Notes under the pieces: model-generated
Database searches by the model: none
What the model was told of the DNA's origin: nothing
Seen by the model: only the letters and a program-made list of their open reading frames with translations
Position numbers and translations under genes: made by a program
Shown here: in pieces, positions 47,304-56,200 of the stretch
How the letters are laid out: each line of letters starts with the position of its first letter
Numbering within the stretch: position 1 is the first letter of the stretch
Origin: an uncultured virus (IMG/VR IMGVR_UViG_3300037493_005316)
Taxonomy: Duplodnaviria > Heunggongvirae > Uroviricota > Caudoviricetes
Reading direction: 5' to 3' (one strand)
IMG/VR virus record: IMGVR_UViG_3300037493_005316
Length of the DNA: 61,644 nt

Positions 47304-50300
47304 TCATTTTGGTTCCCACGGGATCAACACTCCCTCGGCGTTGAACTTGGGTTCTGCGTCCTTGTACCACCTTCGCATCAGCAGTGGATCCGCCTTGACT
47401 TTGACGTCGGGCGTAAAGTGTTTCATCCCTGTGATCATCAAGTGCGCGAGGCGAGCGGCTGCAAGGGGGGCGTTCTCGTTGTCTCGCGTTTCCAGGACGA
47501 ACTCGTCGTGCAGGAACAGCACGAGACGCGAACCGAAAAGAGCTGTGGGCCCCTTGCCGTCTCGGTAAGGGTCTTCAAGGTAGCACTCCTTAAAGATCAT
47601 CCAGCCTGCGCGCTTCGCTCCGTCGGCAGCCATCCCTTGGAAAAGGGTGTTACAACCGTCATTGTAGCCACACCCACCTCGGACTCTACCCGAGCGCAGT
47701 TGCTCGATGCGCGATTTGCCTTGCATCTCGGGTTCTGGGTGCTCCCAGCGAATTCGCTTGCCGAGGTTCGTTGCGGGACGTCCGGGCTGGCCCATGTACC
47801 GAAGATACAGGACCATCTCAGACCACTTGCGAAGCCACACAGGTTTCAGTTGCCGCGCCTTGTCCGCAGTAATGAGGACACCATAGTTCGCGCGTGCGAA
47901 TTCAACGAAGCTGTCAGGACCCATCCCACCTGGAAAACCGAAGTTCAGGCACTGACCCGTTACAACGGGCGTATCGCCATCCCGAACGACAACGAATGTC
48001 GCAGGAACAGAGAGACAGACCACGTTCCCTGTATAAGGAATGCGCGTGACTTCAAGATTTTCACCTCTCGTGAGATGGTGGTCTTTGACGCTCAACCTCC
48101 AACAGACAGCGTGCGCTGGCTGTTCCGGATCGTATTCTCGGGAAACGCGAACACGCGTCTTCCTCCCCTCCAGAGTCGCAATCGCCTGAAGGACATCAAT
48201 GTTCTGACGGATAGTCGAGTAGTACGCAAACATAGTCCAGTTTTCAGAAACAGTGCCGTCCCAGTGTGCCACCTCATCTAGCACCACCTGACGGAGTCGC
48301 GGCGTCAGATGGATCCACCACCAGGGCAACTTTTTCTCGTCAAGGCCCTCTTTGACGCACTCCGCCAGCGGTGCATCGAGAACGAACAGCGCCGCCCCTT
48401 GGGATGTGACGCTCTCTGTATAAAGACTCTCGAAGCCTATAAGGAGCTTGCGCATCCGTTCGATCTTACGAACTTTGCTGAAACCGAGACGTATCTGCTT
48501 CCCGAACGTGGTGTAGTTCCCATCCGCCTGAGTTGCGACAGCGAGACGAAGTAGTCGTTCGTCTATTTCCATAGCACCTGCCAGACACTTCCCTGTGTTA
48601 GGCCAGTATCGAACCTTCGCCATGTCTTCGGGCGTTACAACCTTGACGTTTCCAACGCACTTATTTTTCGTACTGTACGAAAACGCCAACATCCTATGGT
48701 CAGGCGTGACGCGTAGATCGATTCCTTCGTTTTTAAGATGAACAAGCTCGCCGCCTTCGTTCGGCTTCTCGAAGATATTTGTCGGGACTTCCCAACGCGT
48801 TTCAACAGCGCCGCCCGCTTGTGGATACGCCGCGAGAACTTCGTCGCCTGAAACCAGATCCAGGATCTTCGACCAGCCACGTCTCGTCAGAACCTCAGTG
48901 TCTGGATGAAAACACTTCGCCAACTGACGAGCTTCTTTAACAACTTTTTCTCCTTTGCGTGCGAGTGCCTCCTCGTACGAAATCCCAAGCAACTGCGCAG
49001 CTACGTCCGTGTGGGGATCCAGATCCCCGTTAATAGCCGCCGCCAACTTGCTAATACCGAACAGGTCGAGACACGCCTGCGCCAACGTACAAAGCTCAAT
49101 GAAGCTATAGTCCGCCTCAGCGTAGAGCCAGCCCCGACGCGGGATGAAACACTCCCGAATTCCGCCTTTTCGCGGGGGTTGCTGCAAATTTGGGTCGCGC
49201 GCTGAAGTGCGCCCAGACGCCACAATTTCGTTCCAGTAGGGGTTGATCGGTACTTGTGTTCCCGACAGAAGCGTGGGCACAAACGTCGTCAGGATCTTCT
49301 CGACTCCGGAACGTTCTCCAACTGCACGAAGAGTGCCGTTCACACACCCATCAGTACACCCACCCGTCCGAACCTGCTTCCCCGTCGCGTCTTTCTCGAA
49401 TTTTAGATCCGTGCATTCAGGCAGACACGGATACGGAGACGCGAGCAGCGTGTCACGGTCTGTCGCGATGTTCGGAGGCTTCGGGTTCCCGTCCTTGTCG
49501 GGCTTGCTCCCACCCGCCGTTTTTGGCGCGCGGTCTTCCCCCCCATACGCCAGAACGACGAGACTCCGAAGCGCCTTCATGTCCTTACTTTCGACCTCGA
49601 CGCCCTTCGCCATCTTGGATTTGAGCAGGCCCGCCTTTCGCAGCACGTCGTTCATGTGCGCGTATTCGGCCTTCGCGTTTTCAGCGAGGTCGGCCACACG
49701 CACAGGATCTGTACGAACGCCCCACGCCCCCATGAACTTGAGCCAAAGCGCACCCCGTGCCTGCGGGTGCTCGTCGGGGATTGGACCTTCAGCCTCGACC
49801 TGTTGATGTATCCAAATTGCCATCGTCCACCGCGGGTCGTCGATCGCATACCCGAACGCCCTCTCCGGCCACTGCGCCAAAGGTACGTCATCCAGTTCAC
49901 GATACCGAAGACGCCAGGGGGCTTCCTGCCCCTTCGCGAGCCCTTCATACACCACCTGCCCGTTGGGCAGTACCTTGGCCTTCCCCTTCTCCTCTGAGAT
50001 GTCGACGTTGAATCGACGCTTGATGATCGCCGCGAGGTTGAAGCGGTTCTTAGCCTTCGCGCCCACCTCGCCTTCGTCGGCAAGCAACCCTTTCGACAGC
50101 AGGATCAACTTGTCCCGTACTCCCGTGTCTTCGACGCGATCCTCATCGTAAGCACGAGCGATCTTTGGAAGCAGCGTCGCGTCAATCGCACAGCACACGG
50201 CGAAGTCGTAGGCAATGTTGTGCCCGACGATCACCCACCCGTTGTCGAGGAACGCGTGCAGGAGGTAGATCGCGTCGTCGCGAAGGTAGAGTCCTGACTC

Positions 50301-50522
50301 CCCCTTCTCCGTACAGAAACCACCGCAGACGAGACGCGGGGCCGCGAGCCCCTGGATGATCAAGTAGGTCTCGGTGTCCACCGCCACTCGGGGACGATCG
50401 TCCCCCGTCGTGTACTTCGCATTCCGAAGCGTCATCAGCACTTCTGACGCAGACAGAACGACCGACGGTGTCGGAAGTACCGCAACCTCGGCCCCTTCGT
50501 CCTGTTCTTGCTCAAACAACAT
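47304..50522 (-). CDS. polA: Family A DNA polymerase with 3'-5' exonuclease domain and an intein
   Basis: Exo motifs DTET, GHNIAYD and YAIDD. Polymerase motifs SGRTS...PNLQ, ADYSFIEL (A), RQLAK/CLNFG (B) and LHDE (C). Confidence 0.93.
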   Translation of the reverse strand: MLFEQEQDEGAEVAVLPTPSVVLSASEVLMTLRNAKYTTGDDRPRVAVDTETYLIIQGLAAPRLVCGGFCTEKGESGLYLRDDAIYLLHAFLDNGWVIVGHNIAYDFAVCCAIDATLLPKIARAYDEDRVEDTGVRDKLILLSKGLLADEGEVGAKAKNRFNLAAIIKRRFNVDISEEKGKAKVLPNGQVVYEGLAKGQEAPWRLRYRELDDVPLAQWPERAFGYAIDDPRWTMAIWIHQQVEAEGPIPDEHPQARGALWLKFMGAWGVRTDPVRVADLAENAKAEYAHMNDVLRKAGLLKSKMAKGVEVESKDMKALRSLVVLAYGGEDRAPKTAGGSKPDKDGNPKPPNIATDRDTLLASPYPCLPECTDLKFEKDATGKQVRTGGCTDGCVNGTLRAVGERSGVEKILTTFVPTLLSGTQVPINPYWNEIVASGRTSARDPNLQQPPRKGGIRECFIPRRGWLYAEADYSFIELCTLAQACLDLFGISKLAAAINGDLDPHTDVAAQLLGISYEEALARKGEKVVKEARQLAKCFHPDTEVLTRRGWSKILDLVSGDEVLAAYPQAGGAVETRWEVPTNIFEKPNEGGELVHLKNEGIDLRVTPDHRMLAFSYSTKNKCVGNVKVVTPEDMAKVRYWPNTGKCLAGAMEIDERLLRLAVATQADGNYTTFGKQIRLGFSKVRKIERMRKLLIGFESLYTESVTSQGAALFVLDAPLAECVKEGLDEKKLPWWWIHLTPRLRQVVLDEVAHWDGTVSENWTMFAYYSTIRQNIDVLQAIATLEGRKTRVRVSREYDPEQPAHAVCWRLSVKDHHLTRGENLEVTRIPYTGNVVCLSVPATFVVVRDGDTPVVTGQCLNFGFPGGMGPDSFVEFARANYGVLITADKARQLKPVWLRKWSEMVLYLRYMGQPGRPATNLGKRIRWEHPEPEMQGKSRIEQLRSGRVRGGCGYNDGCNTLFQGMAADGAKRAGWMIFKECYLEDPYRDGKGPTALFGSRLVLFLHDEFVLETRDNENAPLAAARLAHLMITGMKHFTPDVKVKADPLLMRRWYKDAEPKFNAEGVLIPWEPK
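47952..48914 (-). mobile_element. 321-aa intein with LAGLIDADG-like endonuclease region, in polymerase motif B
   Basis: Block A CFHPDTEVLT, block B VTPDHRM, QADG and HWDG motifs, block F/G VVCLSVP...VVTGQ|C. Confidence 0.9.
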
Positions 50523-50628
50523 GCGGACTCCGGACGACAAACACACGAGCAGACGGCAGGTACACACCCACGAGCCGTGAGGCCGGGGGTGTGTACCCTA
50601 TGCAGTTACGCGAGGACTCAGGAACGGG

Positions 50629-51093
50629 CTACGAGGCAGCCGATTCCATGCGGGCGCCGGGGCTCCACTGGTGCCGAGAGTACGTCCCGCCAGCCTTGGT
50701 CTGAACGTGCGTGACCTGCACGCGAAGCTTCTGCCCCACGACCGCTTGGCCGTTGTTCGCGGTCATGCCTTCCATCACGTCTTCGGTGATCTGAGACATG
50801 TCGAACGACTGACCCACAGGGAGCGCGTTCGCGAGAACGGCTGCCGCGAACATCTTCACGTTGCTGAGGAAGCCGTCCTTGTCCGCGCCGCAGAAGTAGT
50901 TCGCGGTAGAGCCGACCGGATGCTTCTCGGGATTGCTGGTCTGCACGATCTGAAAGTCGATCGCGACGAAGTCCACGCTCTTCCGCGTCCTACCCGTGGA
51001 AATCCGCTGAAGCACGACGTCGAAGACGCCGGGGTTCAGGTAGTTTCCGCCTTCGGACGTCTGTGCGTTTTCGATGCCCTTGAAAAGTCCCAT
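50629..51093 (-). CDS. Putative ssDNA-binding (OB-fold) protein
   Basis: Size and position between polymerase and helicase. GNYL.PG.F...T+.G..Y....W.P pattern. GGAG RBS. Confidence 0.55.
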   Translation of the reverse strand: MGLFKGIENAQTSEGGNYLNPGVFDVVLQRISTGRTRKSVDFVAIDFQIVQTSNPEKHPVGSTANYFCGADKDGFLSNVKMFAAAVLANALPVGQSFDMSQITEDVMEGMTANNGQAVVGQKLRVQVTHVQTKAGGTYSRHQWSPGARMESAAS

Positions 51094-51233
51094 GATGTTT
51101 CGATCTCCGCTGTTTTTTATTCGAGTAAGTCAAGAACCTTCGCTCTCGACGAGGGGATTGTAACGCCGATCCCCCGAGTGACAAGTGACACTACGCCTTT
51201 TTTTCTCTGCCTCATTCACAGGGTTGTACCTAG

Positions 51234-53135
51234 TCAAATCCACGCCGCGTAAAGCAGCTTTTGAGCGCCGCCTTGGGTCTGCTTGATGTAGTACGCATCG
51301 CGCTTCGCCGACTCGATGGTCTTCAGTCCTTCCTCTGTCGCAGCGTAGTAGTCAAAGGTGACCTCGTCAGCGATCTGACCGTACCGGTGCAGGCGCCCGA
51401 GTAGCTGCTCACACGTTTTCCCCGATGAAGGAAAGGAGAGGATCAACCCTTCACTGTTCTTCTGTAGATTCAACCCCGTGCCATGGGCCCGAATCGAGAG
51501 CATCATCCCCCGACCGTCGTCTGGCGGGACCTCGCCCGCGCCGTAGATTTCCGGCACGTCATCCGAGCCTGTGTTCTGGCACAGCGCTCGAACTTCGCGA
51601 AGACGCTCCTCAGTCGCCTTGTCGTTGTACCAAACAATCCCTTTCGGGTGCTCGTTTCTCCAGACGAGTGCGTCGTGTACGAGGTAATCGGAGATCCAAA
51701 CAGTCTCCGTCGGTGGCCTCGGGCGATGCCGAACCTCGTTCCATGCAGTCCATGCTCCGGTAAGCGCCTTCGCAAAATGTCCGAGATGAAAATCGCCCAG
51801 CCGCCCATCCATCACTGCACGCGTCACAAGCAGCGGGGAGTCGAAGCCTGAAAGACTCCGCTGCAACGCCTGACGCACAGCTCGATGCCAATCAGCGCGC
51901 CGCTGCAACCAGACATAGTCCACGATGCCGTTGGGCCACACCCACCGGTAGTAGAACCCTTGGACAAGCTGCTGCGCACAACGCCAGTAATCGATCGCTG
52001 TGACGAGTTCCTCGCCGTCTGGACGCGTCCATGTTTTCCGAAGCTCGATGATCGTCTGCCAGACTTCTGCGGGTATAGTCACATCCCGTTTACGCAGATA
52101 CAAACTGCACGCGACGGACCCCTCTTCCGTCGCAACGACGCCCTGCGTAGCCCGGAAACGAGACAGGAATACGGACCGCGCCTTTGCTCGACGCTCCTTG
52201 TCTTCCTCGATCTCCCGAAGCTCAGGGGCAAACTCGTAAAACGCTGACCAGTCCTGCGGACGCGAGCGCGTCTCGGCGTCGCTGTCTACACAGTTCGCCC
52301 ATGCGATCAGATCCCGCGCGAGAAGCGGAAGAGGGCTGTTGTCCCGAAGTGCGAGTTCAGAGAGATGGGCGTAATCTTTCAAGCCCTTCGACGTGAACGT
52401 GCCGGACAGACCGCAGAAGCGCGTGTCCGGAAATGCTTGGTAGTAGCGCAAAACGCGCTTTGTTCTGGCCGAATCCGGATTGCCTATCATGTGCGCCTCG
52501 TCGGCAATGATGAGATCCGGACGAAGCTCTTCCAGTATTCGTGTCGAAGATGCCGACGACAACATCGAGTACGGCATGATCCTAAGAGGCTCACTTGTGG
52601 ACGTCTGTTCCAAAGGGAGCTTCCAGTGGGGTTTGAACTTCTCGATCTCCCGACGAAGAGGGATCTGCATCGTCGGGGGGATGAACAGCAAGGGGCGGCG
52701 CGCCCCCATCGCAGGGCCGAGAAGCAGTGTCAGAAGCCCCTTCCCGGCACCGACCGCCAGAGGTGCGAGAAGCCCCCCGACGCGCGGTGCCCAGTAGAGC
52801 GAGAGACTCTGAACGAGGTTCAGAGCCATCGTCCCCTCAGAGGTCTTGAACTTCTCTGTGAGATCGACCTCGAAGTTGGACGAGTTCCATGAGGGAAGTC
52901 CCCGAATACGTTTCGCCTCGCTCTGCGGAACCTCAGCCTCTGGTATTTCAGCAGTCTGCCCCTGAAGACGCCGCAGCGCTTCCATTCCGGACACCTGCTC
53001 GATTGCCTCGTCGGCGTTGGACATAAGCGTCCTGCCTGCGTTCGGAGAACGAGGCATGACGGCGGCCACCTTCGTCGTCTGCTGCGTTTGCAGACGACGA
53101 AGGAGATCCCAGGCCGATGGTGCAGCCCCGCTCAT
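51234..53135 (-). CDS. SF2 (SNF2-like) helicase
   Basis: VGAGK, IIADEAH, LSGT, GTGLNLQ and EQLLGRLHRYGQ. Confidence 0.85.
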   Translation of the reverse strand: MSGAAPSAWDLLRRLQTQQTTKVAAVMPRSPNAGRTLMSNADEAIEQVSGMEALRRLQGQTAEIPEAEVPQSEAKRIRGLPSWNSSNFEVDLTEKFKTSEGTMALNLVQSLSLYWAPRVGGLLAPLAVGAGKGLLTLLLGPAMGARRPLLFIPPTMQIPLRREIEKFKPHWKLPLEQTSTSEPLRIMPYSMLSSASSTRILEELRPDLIIADEAHMIGNPDSARTKRVLRYYQAFPDTRFCGLSGTFTSKGLKDYAHLSELALRDNSPLPLLARDLIAWANCVDSDAETRSRPQDWSAFYEFAPELREIEEDKERRAKARSVFLSRFRATQGVVATEEGSVACSLYLRKRDVTIPAEVWQTIIELRKTWTRPDGEELVTAIDYWRCAQQLVQGFYYRWVWPNGIVDYVWLQRRADWHRAVRQALQRSLSGFDSPLLVTRAVMDGRLGDFHLGHFAKALTGAWTAWNEVRHRPRPPTETVWISDYLVHDALVWRNEHPKGIVWYNDKATEERLREVRALCQNTGSDDVPEIYGAGEVPPDDGRGMMLSIRAHGTGLNLQKNSEGLILSFPSSGKTCEQLLGRLHRYGQIADEVTFDYYAATEEGLKTIESAKRDAYYIKQTQGGAQKLLYAAWI

Positions 53136-53995
53136 GTTGTCGGGTGCTCGGATCCGCGCCAGATCGGTTCGGGAAACCCGTGCGCTTCGTACAGCTTGTG
53201 ATCTCTATTGTTCTTGAACAGGGACAAGTTCTCGATCCGGTTGTCAGTGTGGTCGTGATTCTCGTGATGCACAGTCTCGATACGCGTCAGGGGGCGTCCC
53301 AACGCTTGCGCCACGCGCAGTCGATGCTCCGGAACATACCCGTTGCTGCGGGACATCGATATAAGGTCAGGAGGACAACGCCAAAACGTCAATTCCCGAA
53401 CCGTTACGACGCCTCCACGCCAAAGAGGGTGAGACGTACCTCGGGCTTTCTTGCTCTTACAGTAGGCGCGCATTTCGGGTGTAGAGGTTGTGATCTTCTG
53501 CACCTCGCGCATCCATGCTGAAAGCTCGGCACCTCGATTTTTTGTGACGCTTGCACCGAAACACTCCGCGGAACAGTATTTGCCCTTTAGGGAGTGTGTG
53601 TTGGGCTCGAAAGTCTGTTCGCAGGTCAAACAGACAGGTCTAGGTTTCTTGTTAGCCTTGACTTTTTCACTGCGGAGCAGCGCGGCGGATATCGTGGCTG
53701 CGTGCTCTTGACTCTTGGAAGCGTGCTTGCCCCAGCACGCCCTGGAACAGAATCTCCCACCCTTCGAGCTAGGTGTCTGCCTGCATTCCTGGCAGAGCGG
53801 CCGTTGTTTTGAAGCAGAAACGCAAACACGAGAACAGTAGCTTTGTCGCGTTTGTGAAACAGGCTCCCCGCAGTGCAGACAGGGGGGACGAGGCTTCGAG
53901 GTACGGTGTTTACTCGAACAGGTTCGCGAACAGTACCTTTGAGCCTTGTTCGCAGCCTTAAACGGTTTACCGCAATCTTCGCATGCTCCCGTCAT
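53132..53995 (-). CDS. Free-standing HNH endonuclease with four CxxC...CSxxC fingers
   Basis: WRGG and YVPEHRL..AQALGRPL...ETVHH.N....DNRIENL. Confidence 0.85.
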   Translation of the reverse strand: MTGACEDCGKPFKAANKAQRYCSRTCSSKHRTSKPRPPCLHCGEPVSQTRQSYCSRVCVSASKQRPLCQECRQTPSSKGGRFCSRACWGKHASKSQEHAATISAALLRSEKVKANKKPRPVCLTCEQTFEPNTHSLKGKYCSAECFGASVTKNRGAELSAWMREVQKITTSTPEMRAYCKSKKARGTSHPLWRGGVVTVRELTFWRCPPDLISMSRSNGYVPEHRLRVAQALGRPLTRIETVHHENHDHTDNRIENLSLFKNNRDHKLYEAHGFPEPIWRGSEHPTT

Positions 53996-54028
53996 CCCGC
54001 GCCCCCCTCCCGCCCTGTTTTCCCTTCT

Positions 54029-56098
54029 CTACCAGGACTTGATGATACGCTTCGCGATGGGCTGCAAGACTTCCAAGCAGGCATTCGTTGCGGGGAATCG
54101 CGTGTTGCACACAACAACCCCCGTAGGAGGCTCCTGCATGATGAAAGCCGCCATGTAATGCGGACCTTTTCCAAAACCAATGAGCGTGTAAAACGGCACG
54201 CGCTCTGCCTCCGCGGCTTTTTTCATCCAGGGGGTCAAGATGTCTTCGAGGAAGGTAACTTTGACTCGATCCTCCCCCTTCTCAGGCATACAGTCGATGT
54301 AGAGTGTGAGTCCAGCGTCCACCTGCGGAGCCTCCTCTGCGCCTTCAGCCAGGGAAGAAACGGCCGTCGCCGCTCCCGCCGGAAGATGGTCCTTCACGGA
54401 CTCGAACGCGACCTGCGCGACCAGCGCCTTTTCCTCGTCGGAGAGCTTCGCGAAGCCTTCGACGAACGACTGAGACATCGCCACGGGATCGAGGGTCGAC
54501 GCCGGAGCAGCCGCCTGGACCGGAGCCACGGGCGGGGGCGCGGTCAGGTTGTTGTCGATGGTGCGGCGCACGTCATCCACACTCATGTCGTCGATCTGAT
54601 CCTCGTTCCAGCCCAAAGCCCCGAGCTTTGCACGCCATCCCGGCGGGCGGCGCGTGGAGGTAGAGGCTTCGGGCGCTGCTGCAACCGGCGCAGGGGGCGG
54701 GGTCGAAGGCGTCGAGGCCATCGAAGACATGAGCTGGTCGACCGCGTTCTTCGTCGCGTTTGACGGCGCGTCGGGCGGAACCACCGCCCCCCCGGGCGGA
54801 GACGCCACAGGTGCCTTCAAGCTGTACTTCGACAGGACCTCAGCCGCTGCCGCAGGCGTTGATGCCGTAGGCGCCTGCGCCACGACAGGCGGTGTCGGAA
54901 CGACCTGCGGAGGTGCCACGACCGGTGCCACGACCGGTGCCACGACCGGTGCCACGACCGGTGCCACGACCGGTGCCACGACCGGTGCCACGACCGGTGT
55001 GGAAGCCGACTTCTGGGCCAGCGCCGCGAGCGCCGCGAAACGGGACGCGACATCTCCGGCAGGTGCGGACGTAACCGGAGGCGTGGGCGTAACCGGAGGC
55101 GGCACGTTCTTGTTTTGGAGAGCCTTGAGTGCTTCGAGAGGGTTCATACGGGAAGTCTCCTTCGGGGTCGAGTGTGTGGGTGTTGTCGATGTTGATTCAG
55201 TAGGAGCAAAAGTCACTTGGTTCTGAGGAGCAGGGCTCGAATCCTGGAACATTCGACTGGAAGACGACGCCGGAGCGTCGAGATCCTGAAGGCGTCCCAG
55301 GGAGTTGCAGTACGTGAGGAAGTGACAACCTCCGTACTTGGTACAAGCGTCGTAGCTAGGGGTCACGTCGAGAGCGCGCCTGTGCAGCGCTGCCACCTTC
55401 ATGTCCGCCACAGTGGGTTCCAGAGAAGCCCACTGCTCATTAAGATGCTGCTTCGAGAAGACGACAGAGGTACGGCGCGCCTGCGGGGCACCCTTCGTGA
55501 GGTACACGAAGTGCGTAGCCCTCACCCCTTCGATCTTCGAGAGAGAGTCCCCGCCCCACTCGGCGTGCGCGAGCGCGAACTTCGAGTAGATCACCATCTG
55601 GGGGTTCGTGAGAAGCTCAGCCTCCGTCTTCGCGTACTTCATGTTCGACGTGCTCTTGTGATCCCCAACCTCAGGGATCGGAGGATGAGGCGTCAACATG
55701 TCGATACGCCCAGAGACGTCGATCCCCGACAGCTTCAAAGTGTTTGCAGGGTGGTCCTTCATGTTCAACTCGACGAGAACCGTCCCCGGCGCGGGCATAT
55801 AAGGAAGTCCTGCCGCGGCCATCTTCCCTGCCGGGTGAGTCAAATCCGGCTTCACCCCTTCGAGAAGGTAACGTTCCATGAACGTGTGGATCATCTCGCC
55901 GAGAGCGGCGCTCGGCCGCTGCTTCGTCTTGATTCCGTAGACCGACTCGAACCACCACGCGCGATTGCACGAGAGGAAGTTGTCGATTTGCGAAGCGGAA
56001 ACCCGCTCAAACTTGCGCAGCTCTGGACCCTTGGCAGAGCCAACCTCGGACCCTGCTCCGGGAGTCTTAAAAAGAGCTGCGAAGGACGAAACTGTCAT
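54029..56098 (-). CDS. PD-(D/E)XK (RecB/Cas4-like) exonuclease with long Pro/Ala linker and C-terminal domain
   Basis: SASQI....C, G..IH, GRID, DHKS, QMVIY and C....GC.....C. Confidence 0.8.
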   Translation of the reverse strand: MTVSSFAALFKTPGAGSEVGSAKGPELRKFERVSASQIDNFLSCNRAWWFESVYGIKTKQRPSAALGEMIHTFMERYLLEGVKPDLTHPAGKMAAAGLPYMPAPGTVLVELNMKDHPANTLKLSGIDVSGRIDMLTPHPPIPEVGDHKSTSNMKYAKTEAELLTNPQMVIYSKFALAHAEWGGDSLSKIEGVRATHFVYLTKGAPQARRTSVVFSKQHLNEQWASLEPTVADMKVAALHRRALDVTPSYDACTKYGGCHFLTYCNSLGRLQDLDAPASSSSRMFQDSSPAPQNQVTFAPTESTSTTPTHSTPKETSRMNPLEALKALQNKNVPPPVTPTPPVTSAPAGDVASRFAALAALAQKSASTPVVAPVVAPVVAPVVAPVVAPVVAPVVAPPQVVPTPPVVAQAPTASTPAAAAEVLSKYSLKAPVASPPGGAVVPPDAPSNATKNAVDQLMSSMASTPSTPPPAPVAAAPEASTSTRRPPGWRAKLGALGWNEDQIDDMSVDDVRRTIDNNLTAPPPVAPVQAAAPASTLDPVAMSQSFVEGFAKLSDEEKALVAQVAFESVKDHLPAGAATAVSSLAEGAEEAPQVDAGLTLYIDCMPEKGEDRVKVTFLEDILTPWMKKAAEAERVPFYTLIGFGKGPHYMAAFIMQEPPTGVVVCNTRFPATNACLEVLQPIAKRIIKSW
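54912..54999. repeat. 7 x 12-bp perfect tandem repeat GGTGCCACGACC (VVAP)
   Basis: Direct reading of the sequence. Confidence 0.95.
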
Positions 56099-56200
56099 GT
56101 ACTGCACCTGTGGAATTTGAACCGTAGCGTGAAGGCAAACGTGTGGCAAGTGTCATTCTTTTAGCCCGGACTTTTTTTGTCCGCGCAGAAGGTCAGACCC

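Noticed and set aside
54029..56098. cas4 of a CRISPR-Cas locus
   Set aside because: No cas1/cas2 or array; the context is a phage replication module.
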